Positions 1 to 7,717 of a DNA stretch of 11,860 bases are shown here, piece by piece. Positions within the stretch are counted from its first letter, which is position 1. Every line of letters begins with the position of its first letter. Origin of the DNA: Pseudomonadota bacterium (GTDB taxonomy: Bacteria > Bdellovibrionota > FAC87 > UBA2466); NCBI GenBank assembly GCA_043767805.1, contig JAYUGC010000109.1:1-11860 (forward strand), given 5' to 3'. The position numbers and the translations under genes are program-made. Under the pieces are notes generated by a model that worked only from the letters and a program-made list of their open reading frames with translations, did not search any database and had not been told where the DNA came from.

Positions 1-75
1 AGACCAGTCGGTGAGCCTAGTTAGCTTGTCTGAACCCTAAACAAATTCGTCCAAATCGTTACATTGGAACAGAGC

Positions 76-91
76 TGTGCACTGTGTCACA
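76..91. promoter_or_regulatory. Putative CRP/FNR-family binding site
   Basis: TGTGC-ACTGTG-TCACA matches the CRP consensus TGTGA-N6-TCACA at 9 of 10 positions, in a non-coding, less GC-rich stretch. Confidence 0.4.
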
Positions 92-155
92 ATGGGACCT
101 ATCGCGGTACGTTGTACGTTGCCGAGCCAAATCCGCGAGGCTCTCCTACGGTTCA

Positions 156-184
156 TTGCTTACCTAAAAATTCGACTCTAAGAT
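156..184 (+). promoter_or_regulatory. Putative sigma70-type promoter for the 225..599 gene
   Basis: TTGCTT (156-161), 17-nt spacer, TAAGAT (179-184), about 40 nt upstream of the GTG start. Confidence 0.5.
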
Positions 185-224
185 TCCGCTACCCGCTCAT
201 GGGCGGTTGGCTGGGGAGGGCTAC

Positions 225-599
225 GTGTCCGAGAATCCTCTTTCACAAGTTCTGTACTCACTTTTGCCCCGAAACGCCGAGGAAGTTTCCCTGCTACAGG
301 CGCTTCTCGCCGGGGCGCGGGCGATGCACCGCCGGGCCTACGCGGATTTGGGCCTGAGTCGTCTTGAAGTGGCGAGCTCTCTCACGCTCGCGACCGGATA
401 CTCGGCCTCCGAAGAGCTGCTCGCCGTGATTCCCGCGGCGGACAAACGCTACTTCGATGGGCTGGTAGAAGCTTTCGAGGTCTATCACTCCATTCATGGG
501 GAGGCGGTTCCCCTCGAAATGGCGCACCATACTCTGGCGCTCACCGAGTTACGGCGAATTCGCGACCTCTGTCTGCAACGGGGCTTGGAAACACTCTAG
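225..599 (+). CDS. Hypothetical small protein (~124 aa, probably alpha-helical)
   Basis: The ORF track gives 207..599 (TTG). The in-frame GTG at 225 lies 5 nt after a strong SD (GGGAGG, 214-219), so it is preferred. Composition is protein-like (L/A/E-rich) with a candidate promoter upstream. No family motif recognised. Confidence 0.65.
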   Translation: MSENPLSQVLYSLLPRNAEEVSLLQALLAGARAMHRRAYADLGLSRLEVASSLTLATGYSASEELLAVIPAADKRYFDGLVEAFEVYHSIHGEAVPLEMAHHTLALTELRRIRDLCLQRGLETL

Positions 600-622
600 C
601 AAGACATTTATTTCCGCCTCCC

Positions 623-639
623 GCGGCCTTTCGGGCCGC
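623..639 (+). terminator. Possible weak intrinsic terminator or stem-loop after the small hypothetical gene
   Basis: GCGGCC-TTTCG-GGCCGC, a 6-bp GC stem starting 24 nt after the stop codon. No clear U-tract. Confidence 0.25.
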
Positions 640-645
640 CCGGTC

Positions 646-677
646 TTGACCTGGTTCCCCTCGCCGAACTATATCGT
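646..677 (+). promoter_or_regulatory. Putative sigma70-type promoter of kdsB-pyrG
   Basis: TTGACC (646-651) followed after 18 nt by TATATC (670-675), or alternatively TATCGT (672-677), just upstream of the ATG at 687. Confidence 0.4.
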
Positions 678-686
678 TAGAACATT

Positions 687-1445
687 ATGTCCTCCCGTCC
701 CCGATGCCTCGGCGTCATCCCCGCTCGCGCAAGTTCGTCGCGATTTCCCAACAAGATCACAGCCACCCTTCAAGGGAAGCCCATGATTCAGCACGTTTGG
801 GAAGCGGCTAACCGTGCCCGGAAGCTCGATGAGATCGTGGTGGCCACCGAGAACGAGTCCATCGCCCAAGTCGTCCGTGGCTTTGGCGGCAAGGTGGTGC
901 TGACGCCCGTTTTTTCGACCGGCACCGACCGGGTCGCCCACGTGGCGAAGGACCGAGATTTCGAGCTGGTGGTGAACGTCCAAGGGGACGAGCCCCTGGT
1001 GAGCCACGAGGCCTTGGATGACCTGGTCACGGCGCTCGCGGCCGATGAGAGCTGTCAGATGGCGACTCTCGCGATACGGCGCCGGGAACCGGAACAGCTT
1101 CAAGACCCGAACGTGGTGAAGGTCCTGGTCTCGGCGGACGGCATCGCGATGTACTTCTCGCGTCAACCGCTTGCGACCGATCTGGACGGAAGTTTTTACA
1201 AGCACGTGGGCATTTACGGCTTCCGCCGCGATGCCCTTCAGAGCTTTTGCCAGCTCGCTCCTTCTCCTCTCGAAAAGCTCGAGCGGCTGGAGCAATTAAG
1301 AGCGCTGGAACGCGGATTTCGGATCCGGGTTGTGCTGACGGTTCATGATACTATCGCCGTCGATACGGCAGCCGACCTCGTCCGCGTGGAACAATATATG
1401 GAAGCGCTCGCGGCGGCGTCGAGTAGAACTGAAGGGAATCGATGA
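687..1445 (+). CDS. kdsB: 3-deoxy-manno-octulosonate cytidylyltransferase (CMP-Kdo synthetase)
   Basis: Family motifs [55 protein letters not shown] and VDT. Length 252 aa is typical. ATGA overlap with pyrG. Confidence 0.96.
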   Translation: MSSRPRCLGVIPARASSSRFPNKITATLQGKPMIQHVWEAANRARKLDEIVVATENESIAQVVRGFGGKVVLTPVFSTGTDRVAHVAKDRDFELVVNVQGDEPLVSHEALDDLVTALAADESCQMATLAIRRREPEQLQDPNVVKVLVSADGIAMYFSRQPLATDLDGSFYKHVGIYGFRRDALQSFCQLAPSPLEKLERLEQLRALERGFRIRVVLTVHDTIAVDTAADLVRVEQYMEALAAASSRTEGNR

Positions 1446-3121
1446 AGAGCAGCAAGTACATTTTCGTGACCGGCGGCGTGCTTTCTTCCTTGGGGAAGGG
1501 GCTTTCGGCGGCTTCGATTGCGGCTCTCTTGGAGACCCGGGGACTCAAAGTCACTTTGATGAAAATGGATCCGTACCTGAACGTGGATCCGGGCACCATG
1601 AACCCGTTTCAGCACGGGGAAGTGTTCGTCACCGAGGACGGCGCCGAAACGGATTTGGACTTGGGCCATTACGAGCGTTTCACCAGCGTGAATTTAAAGC
1701 GCGAGAACAGCGTTTCCGCGGGTCAAGTCTACGAAACGGTCATTGCCAAGGAGCGCCGGGGTGAGTTTCTGGGCGGCACCGTGCAGGTGATTCCTCACAT
1801 TACCGATGAGATCAAGAGCCGCATCTCTCTCGTTTCCAAAGGCAAGGACATCACCATCGTCGAGATCGGCGGTACGGTGGGCGACATCGAGTCCCTTCCT
1901 TTTCTCGAAGCGATTCGTCAGTTCCGTTTCGACGTGGGCGAAGAGAACGTGATTTTCATGCACTTGACCCTCGTGCCTTTTCTCGGCGCCAGCGGCGAGC
2001 TCAAAACGAAGCCCACGCAGCATAGCGTGCAGAAGCTGCGCGAGATCGGCATTCAGCCGGATTTTCTCCTGTGCCGCACGGACCGGATTCTTCCACCGGA
2101 CATCCGCTCGAAGATTTCTCTATTCTGTAACATCAAGGCCGATCACGTGATCACGGCGAAAGACGTGAACAACATCTACGAAGTGCCGCTCGTGTTTTAC
2201 GAGCAGCAACTCGACGAAAAAATTTGCGCTCGCTTCAAGATCAAGACGAAGTCCAAAGGCCTAGACCGCTGGACGAAAGTAGTCGAAGTCATGGCGGATC
2301 CGCCGAACGGCCCCATCGAGATTGGCGTCGTCGGAAAATACGTGGATCTCACCGAGTCTTATAAGAGCGTTTCGGAAGCTCTCGTGCACGGCTCCATCGC
2401 CAACGAGTGCCGCTTGAAGATCCGCTACATCGATTCCGAGCGCCTCGAGCGGGGCGACGTCGAAGGCCAGCTCGCGGGTCTTTCCGGCATTCTCGTTCCC
2501 GGCGGCTTCGGTCACCGAGGAGTCGAGGGAAAGATCAAAGCGATTCAGTTCGCGCGGGAGAACAAGCTTCCGTACTTCGGCATTTGCATCGGGCTTCAGC
2601 TCGCCATTATCGAGTTCGCCCGCCACAAGGCGGGTATCGCCAAAGCGACGAGCCGCGAGTTCGCCAACATCGGTGAGTTCGTCATCGATTTGATGGAAGA
2701 TCAGCGCCGCGTGCAGCGTTTGGGCGGCAGCATGCGCCTCGGCTCTTACTCGTGCCAGCTCCAGGCGGGAAGTCTCGCTTCCTCCGTCTACGGCAAGACC
2801 GAGGTTACCGAGCGGCACCGCCATCGTTACGAAGTAAACAATCACTACCGCGAAGTGCTCACCGCGGCGGGTATGGTGTTCTCCGGCCAGAATCCGGAGA
2901 TGAATCTCGTCGAGATGATCGAGATTCCCGAGCACCCCTGGTTTCTGGGCTGTCAGTTTCATCCCGAGTTCAAATCGAAGCCTTTCTCGCCGCACCCGCT
3001 CTTTGTGGGCTTCATCAAGGCGGCGCTCGCGTTTCACCTGCAGCGCCCGAAGTCGGACGAAACGAGGGACGAAGCGTCGTCGGAGAAGGGCTCGTTCAAG
3101 CCCACGGAATTGGCCCACTAA
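1442..3121 (+). CDS. pyrG: CTP synthase (glutamine-hydrolysing)
   Basis: [59 protein letters not shown], and in the GATase domain GICIG (catalytic Cys), ERHRHRYE and QFHPEF. 559 aa. Confidence 0.99.
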   Translation: MKSSKYIFVTGGVLSSLGKGLSAASIAALLETRGLKVTLMKMDPYLNVDPGTMNPFQHGEVFVTEDGAETDLDLGHYERFTSVNLKRENSVSAGQVYETVIAKERRGEFLGGTVQVIPHITDEIKSRISLVSKGKDITIVEIGGTVGDIESLPFLEAIRQFRFDVGEENVIFMHLTLVPFLGASGELKTKPTQHSVQKLREIGIQPDFLLCRTDRILPPDIRSKISLFCNIKADHVITAKDVNNIYEVPLVFYEQQLDEKICARFKIKTKSKGLDRWTKVVEVMADPPNGPIEIGVVGKYVDLTESYKSVSEALVHGSIANECRLKIRYIDSERLERGDVEGQLAGLSGILVPGGFGHRGVEGKIKAIQFARENKLPYFGICIGLQLAIIEFARHKAGIAKATSREFANIGEFVIDLMEDQRRVQRLGGSMRLGSYSCQLQAGSLASSVYGKTEVTERHRHRYEVNNHYREVLTAAGMVFSGQNPEMNLVEMIEIPEHPWFLGCQFHPEFKSKPFSPHPLFVGFIKAALAFHLQRPKSDETRDEASSEKGSFKPTELAH

Positions 3122-3125
3122 AAAC

Positions 3126-3189
3126 AGAATGAGAATGAGCCCCGATTGCCCCACTCATGCTCATTCTCGATCTTATTCTCATTCTTCTT
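3126..3189. repeat. Degenerate hexamer (CTCATT/AATGAG) tandem and inverted repeat, REP-like
   Basis: AGAATG AGAATG AG (3126-3139) faces six degenerate hexamers CTCATG CTCATT CTCGAT CTTATT CTCATT CTTCTT (3154-3189). Perfect pairings are 3131-3140/3159-3168 (10 bp) and 3126-3136/3175-3185 (11 bp). Confidence 0.65.
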
Positions 3190-3217
3190 AAGATAACGCG
3201 GCGATCATACCGAAGAG

Positions 3218-3244
3218 ATCATAGGCTCGAGACGAGCCTATGAT
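3218..3244. promoter_or_regulatory. Perfect 12-bp inverted repeat (operator or RNA hairpin)
   Basis: ATCATAGGCTCG-AGA-CGAGCCTATGAT, ending at the base before the ATG at 3245. Confidence 0.6.
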
Positions 3245-4777
3245 ATGGCGCAGGAAGCACCCTCTCTTCATCCCCGTCTCGGGGACTTCATGGCGATGGC
3301 CACTCTAGCTCTCGTGGTTTGGCTTGCCTGGTTTTCGGGAAGCCGAGGCTTTGGCTTTTACGAAGACGATTACTCGACCATCACGCCGCATCTCTACGGC
3401 ACTTGGACGAGCACGCTCCACCAAGTGAGCGTCGACGTCGGAAGTTTCCGCCAGGGCAAACCGCTTTGCTACGCGCTCATGTCGATCCTCGCGCGGATCG
3501 CGGGAACGCTGGGCGGTAAAGACGCCGCCTACGGGCTCGCCTTTCTCATTCTCACCTTGAACGCGTCCCTCGGCTTTTGGTTTTTGCGCCGGATTCGTCT
3601 GGGGCTCGGGTTTGCTTTAGTGGGAGCGATGACCTTTGCGCTCGCGCCCGCGGATACAAGCCGCGCGTTTTTGTGCCATGCGTTCGGGATTCAAATGGGT
3701 TTCTGTTTTCTTTGGCTCGCGCTCCATGCGTATGTCTCGCGGAAAAAAGCAATCGCCTGGGCCTTGGCCATAGCGGCTCTGCTCACTTACGAGCCGCTCT
3801 TTGCGCTTTTTTGGATCGGCGGTTTTGTCGTCGAGGTTCCGAAACGGGAGCGGTTCAAACAGGTCGTGCGCCAAGCCCTGGGAATTGGCTTGGTCCTCGT
3901 CCTATTTGCCGGCCTCCGGCTTTCCTGCGGCGAGTCCCGCCTCGTCAATCAGTCTCCGCTTCGAGTGCCTCGCAAGATGGCGAGGAATCTCATTTTGGGA
4001 CCCACGTCCGCGGTCGGGGCTTGGGCCGAGCGCGCGGGAACCGGGTTTAAGGATCCCGCCCGATGGGCGCTGTTCGCGCTGCTGTCAGTGGCGCTAGTGG
4101 CCGCCTTTCGTCACTCTGAGCCGTCCTCCCGCACCGCTGTTCAGATCGCCTTTCTTGGCGTTTTGCTGGTGGGACTCGCCTATCCCGTCGACCTAATCAA
4201 CGAGCCCACTCTCGTAAGCGGGCGCGCGTCGCGCATTCATTCCGCGGGAGCCATGGGGCTATCTTTTTTGTTCATGGCTCTCTTCGTTTGGCTTCATAGC
4301 CTAATGCGGAGAGGTCAGCGCCTCGCGCTGACTTGCGTGGTCGCTTGGGTGTTTTCCGGCTGGATAGGGTACGGCAGGAAAGTGCAGGCGGATTACCGCG
4401 GCGCTTGGAAGAGCCAGCAAATGATTTGGGCCTCCGTCTCCGAGCAGATTCCGGACGCGACTCAAAAAGACGTTGTGCTGCTCGATTTCGATAAACGCCA
4501 GCCTCGTTACCAAGAAGCGAAAGTATTTGGCTGGTCGTTTCCCATGGTAGCGTCCCAGCTTTTCAAATATCCGAAAGGTCTGGGCGCGCCGAATGTCCGG
4601 CGCGTGAAACGGGGCTGGCAAAAGGGATCGATCCCCGAGAACGCCATCGTGCTTCATTGGGAAAAGAACGGCTTTCGGCGTCTAAAGCCCGGTGAAGTCG
4701 GCGCCGCTACCATCAAAGCGCGCGGCAACGTCGTTCGGCGCGCGCCGCGGCCCTTCTTAAGTGTTCTGTTTGAGTAG
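3245..4777 (+). CDS. Polytopic membrane protein, probable GT-C fold glycosyltransferase (GtrII/ArnT/PMT-like)
   Basis: About 10-11 hydrophobic segments. Acidic FYEDDY after TM1 (3356-3373), followed by RQGKPL (resembles the GT-C RPL motif) and an LLTYEP motif. Soluble C-terminal domain. The true start may be ATG 3290 or 3296 (GGGGA at 3281-3285). Confidence 0.6.
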   Translation: MAQEAPSLHPRLGDFMAMATLALVVWLAWFSGSRGFGFYEDDYSTITPHLYGTWTSTLHQVSVDVGSFRQGKPLCYALMSILARIAGTLGGKDAAYGLAFLILTLNASLGFWFLRRIRLGLGFALVGAMTFALAPADTSRAFLCHAFGIQMGFCFLWLALHAYVSRKKAIAWALAIAALLTYEPLFALFWIGGFVVEVPKRERFKQVVRQALGIGLVLVLFAGLRLSCGESRLVNQSPLRVPRKMARNLILGPTSAVGAWAERAGTGFKDPARWALFALLSVALVAAFRHSEPSSRTAVQIAFLGVLLVGLAYPVDLINEPTLVSGRASRIHSAGAMGLSFLFMALFVWLHSLMRRGQRLALTCVVAWVFSGWIGYGRKVQADYRGAWKSQQMIWASVSEQIPDATQKDVVLLDFDKRQPRYQEAKVFGWSFPMVASQLFKYPKGLGAPNVRRVKRGWQKGSIPENAIVLHWEKNGFRRLKPGEVGAATIKARGNVVRRAPRPFLSVLFE

Positions 4778-5800
4778 CGCTTCGATTTTCTCTTTGAGAA
4801 TCTCAAAGGGCTGAGCGCCGGGAACGACGATGCCGTTCAACACGATGGTCGGCGTCGAATCAAAACCCAAGGCCTCCGCTTCGCGCTTACTCTTGTCGAT
4901 GACGCTTTGGAATTTCTTCGAGTCGATGCATTGTTTGAAGGCGTCCGGCTCGAGATTCACTTTCGCCGCATAGGTCTTTAAGTCCGCGTCTTCCAGCTTC
5001 GCCTGATTGTCGAAGAGCACGCGGTGGTATTCCCAGAACTTTCCTTGATCGTTCGCGCAGTGAGCGGCGAGCGCTGCCGGCAGGGCGCGAGGATGGGTGT
5101 CACTGGGGAGATCGCGAAAGACGATACGAAGCTTGTCGGGGCCATAGGCTTCCTTGAGCCGCTCGAGAGTCGCCACCGTCCGCTGGCAGAAGGGACACTC
5201 GTAGTCCGCGAACTCCACCAAGGTAATGGCCGCGTTGGGATTGCCCCAGCTCGGATATCCATCGGTGTCCACTTTCACGCGCGGCGCTTTGGGTACGTCC
5301 AAGAAAATTTTCACGTTCGACTGCGATTTCAGCTGCGAGAGATAGCCCTGCCGCTTCTCCATGGACTTGCGGTACTTCAGGAACTCGCGCACTTCGCCTT
5401 TTTTCTCGGGCGTCTCGGCGGGAATGCCTTTCTCGCTGAGGAAAGCGTCCACTTCCTTATCGCTGACCGCGGCGGTCTCGGCGCCGACTTTCGCGACGAT
5501 GAGTCTGTCGATGGAGAGATTCGCTTTCTTGCTCTCCTCGGAGAGCAGCCGGTTTTCGAGAAAGTCGTCCAAGGACTGACGCTTCAATTTGAAGAGCGCT
5601 TCTTCGAGCTCGAAAATTCTTTGTTTATTTTCCCGGAAAGCTTGGGAGGCGGGAATGGACTCGCCTTTTACTTCGGCGACGACCGGATCGGCCACCGTTT
5701 CGGAAGCGGATTTGCCGCTGTAGTAGGCCATCGAAGTGAGTAGGCCCAGAACCAGGCCCACGAAAAGAACCGCCAGGTATCCACCAAGACTTTTACGCAT
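4757..5800 (-). CDS. Membrane-anchored DsbA-family thiol-disulfide oxidoreductase with N-terminal helical (SurA-N-like) region
   Basis: N-terminal TM helix, a helical charged region, then a thioredoxin fold with GNPNAAITLVEFADYECPFC, FRDLP, HPRALPAA, CANDQGKFWEYH and cis-Pro STPT. The ORF track start at 5803 is TTG, and the next codon, ATG at 5800, is preferred. Confidence 0.88.
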   Translation of the reverse strand: MRKSLGGYLAVLFVGLVLGLLTSMAYYSGKSASETVADPVVAEVKGESIPASQAFRENKQRIFELEEALFKLKRQSLDDFLENRLLSEESKKANLSIDRLIVAKVGAETAAVSDKEVDAFLSEKGIPAETPEKKGEVREFLKYRKSMEKRQGYLSQLKSQSNVKIFLDVPKAPRVKVDTDGYPSWGNPNAAITLVEFADYECPFCQRTVATLERLKEAYGPDKLRIVFRDLPSDTHPRALPAALAAHCANDQGKFWEYHRVLFDNQAKLEDADLKTYAAKVNLEPDAFKQCIDSKKFQSVIDKSKREAEALGFDSTPTIVLNGIVVPGAQPFEILKEKIEALLKQNT

Positions 5801-5821
5801 CAAGCTACCCCCAGAAGGAAA

Positions 5822-6493
5822 CTAGCAGGTTTTGAGGGGAGAAAAACGGTTTTTTAAGTGCGAGACGAGACGGGTGGCGGCGTCCTCCCAGTCGAGAGAC
5901 ACGCCACATTCCTCCAAGGAGGCGAGGCGCTCGCCGGGCACTCCACAGGGGTGGATGCCTTGAAAGGCTTGGTTCTGATCTTTCAGGTAAAGGGCGAGAC
6001 CGTGGGCGCTTATGCCGCGCTCGACGCTGATGCCGAAGGAGACGAGTTTCGCGCCTCCGCTATAAACGCCGAACGTCCGGGCCTCGTCCTCGGCATCAGC
6101 CGGGACGCCAAGTTCCGTCAGAAAATCCACTACTCCGGCACGCAGCTCGCCCAGAAACCGGCGCACGCCCTTGGTCGGGTAACCGAGCGAGCGAAGCGCC
6201 ACCAGGGGATAAACCACGACTTGGCCGGGGCCATGAAAGGTCCATTGTCCGCCGCGGCTCACCTTAAAGAGATCGACTCCCTGCGCTTTCGCCGCGCTCT
6301 CGGTCCAAAGCAGGCCCTTGGGATCCGCGGCGCGTCCCGCCGTGTACGTCGCCTTGGGCTCGGAAACCAGGAAAATGCCTTCGTCGGGAGTGTCGAGCAG
6401 GGCGGCGCGCTTTGATTGCTGCAGCGCTTCGAGCTCGGCGAAGGGGACATCTCTTAAGGTTTCAGTAATCCATTGCACGGCGGGGACACCCAT
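5822..6493 (-). CDS. lipB: Lipoyl(octanoyl) transferase
   Basis: SRGGQWTFHGPGQVVVYP, KLVSFG (catalytic Lys), HGLAL and IHPCG (catalytic Cys). Start uncertain: TTG 6517, ATG 6493 or GTG 6478. Confidence 0.9.
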   Translation of the reverse strand: MGVPAVQWITETLRDVPFAELEALQQSKRAALLDTPDEGIFLVSEPKATYTAGRAADPKGLLWTESAAKAQGVDLFKVSRGGQWTFHGPGQVVVYPLVALRSLGYPTKGVRRFLGELRAGVVDFLTELGVPADAEDEARTFGVYSGGAKLVSFGISVERGISAHGLALYLKDQNQAFQGIHPCGVPGERLASLEECGVSLDWEDAATRLVSHLKNRFSPLKTC

Positions 6494-6517
6494 CTCCTGC
6501 TTCGAACGCAGGGTCAA

Positions 6518-6591
6518 GAGGTCACTCGAAAATCTTTACAATTTCTTTAAAGTTACAACAGGTTACCGGGACTTTTCAATTCTCCCCGCGT
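6518..6591. promoter_or_regulatory. AT-rich divergent promoter region (lipB / phosphoesterase-ppk1) with direct repeats
   Basis: Markedly AT-rich island between divergent genes. TCTTTACA (6533-6540) and TCTTTAAA (6544-6551) have an 11-bp period. GTTACA (6552-6557) and GTTACC (6562-6567) have a 10-bp period. Confidence 0.55.
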
Positions 6592-7716
6592 ATGATGGAA
6601 AGTTGCGTGTCGTTTTGGAATGCCATCCAGCGGGCTTTTGGGTTTTCGATCCCATTCGCCGATCCCAAGTCTTACCCCGTTCTGCCCGCAGACGGGGTGC
6701 CCTGGAATTTTGCCTCGGTCAGTTCGCGAGTCGTCGCGGTGGGCGACGTGCAGGGCGATCTCCAAGGGTTGGACGCCATCCTTCAAGCGGCACAGCTAAC
6801 CGACGCTTCGGGAAATTGGATGGGCGGGAACAGCGTCCTCGTCCTCCTCGGCGATTTAGTAGGCGGCAACAAGGACTCTCGTCTGGTGATCGAGTGGGTG
6901 TTGCGGCTTGAACGAGAGGCGTCTCGCTCGGGAGGAAAAGTGATCTCGCTTTTGGGAAATCACGACATCCTGCCGAGTCGCGGCGACGTTTCGAAAATGA
7001 CGGGCGCCGAACGAAGCCGTTATCGAAACGTTCCCGTTCCGGGAGCGGAACGCGAAGGCGCCAAGGGCGCGTTTCGAGGCGACAGCCTTTACGCGAAATG
7101 GGTGCGGGGAAGAAACGCCATCGTCCGAGTGGGCACGACGCTATTTGCGCACGCGGGAGTGGAGAGCTGGCTCGAAGAGAACGACCCCGGCGGCATCAAT
7201 GCGACCGTGCGCGGCTGGGTGAAACATTGGCAGGGCGTAGGCCCGCGCCCCGACGAAAGCACGGTGTGGGCGGCCGGTGCTCCCGGCATGAAACGATTCG
7301 GGCCTGAGTCCGTGGGGCCGCTTTGGAATCGCACCTTCAAGCCTCCCCGTAAGCGAGATCACAAACGGCCCGACGGCGCGCCGAAACGCGAGACGGTCGA
7401 GCGCGTGCTGAAAAAGCTCGGCGCGAATCGCGTGGTAGTCGGGCATGCGCCCACACCCGAGGCGGAGATTCTTCTCGAGCACCCATATTACGGCCCGCAC
7501 GTCGTCATGGTGGACACGAAATTGTCCGACAGTCGATCGGGCTCGCTCGAAGCCTTGGAAGTGCGCGGGGATGTCTTAAGCGTGATTCGGGCGAAGCAAA
7601 AAAACCGGAGCGAGGCGGCCTCCGTTCGGGAAGCCGCGCTGCTCGAGCGGGGAATGGAGAAGGTCGGGCTTTGGGAACGCATTAAACAGTTTTTTCTGGA
7701 TTGGTTCGGGAATTAA
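6592..7716 (+). CDS. Calcineurin-like metallophosphoesterase, Shewanella-like phosphatase (Shelph) type, with divergent motifs
   Basis: RVVAVGDVQGD, WMGGNSVLVLLGDLV, GGKVISLLGNHD, LFAHAG, GPLWNR, VVVGHAP and VMVDT appear in the order and spacing of Shelph-type PPP phosphatases. Confidence 0.85.
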   Translation: MMESCVSFWNAIQRAFGFSIPFADPKSYPVLPADGVPWNFASVSSRVVAVGDVQGDLQGLDAILQAAQLTDASGNWMGGNSVLVLLGDLVGGNKDSRLVIEWVLRLEREASRSGGKVISLLGNHDILPSRGDVSKMTGAERSRYRNVPVPGAEREGAKGAFRGDSLYAKWVRGRNAIVRVGTTLFAHAGVESWLEENDPGGINATVRGWVKHWQGVGPRPDESTVWAAGAPGMKRFGPESVGPLWNRTFKPPRKRDHKRPDGAPKRETVERVLKKLGANRVVVGHAPTPEAEILLEHPYYGPHVVMVDTKLSDSRSGSLEALEVRGDVLSVIRAKQKNRSEAASVREAALLERGMEKVGLWERIKQFFLDWFGN

Positions 7717-7717
7717 A

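Noticed and set aside
64..81. Possible sigma54 promoter TTGGAACAGAGCTGTGCA
   Set aside because: The GG-to-GC spacing is 11 nt rather than the strictly required 10.
64..357. 97-aa ORF overlapping the small hypothetical gene
   Set aside because: TTG start without SD, R/P/C-rich non-protein-like composition, and it runs across the promoter of the better-supported 225..599 gene.
669..3154. Long antisense ORFs (669..1295, 1694..2023, 2261..3154) opposite kdsB and pyrG
   Set aside because: Shadow ORFs expected from GC-rich codon bias opposite highly conserved genes. No motifs.
3126..3244. Repeat cluster as a CRISPR array or attC site
   Set aside because: No repeat-spacer periodicity, no cas or integrase gene, and no RYYYAAC...GTTRRRY ends.
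5024..6911. Plus-strand ORFs 5024..5743, 5858..6415 and 6318..6911
   Set aside because: They overlap the well-supported DsbA-like, lipB and phosphoesterase genes and have no recognisable domain.
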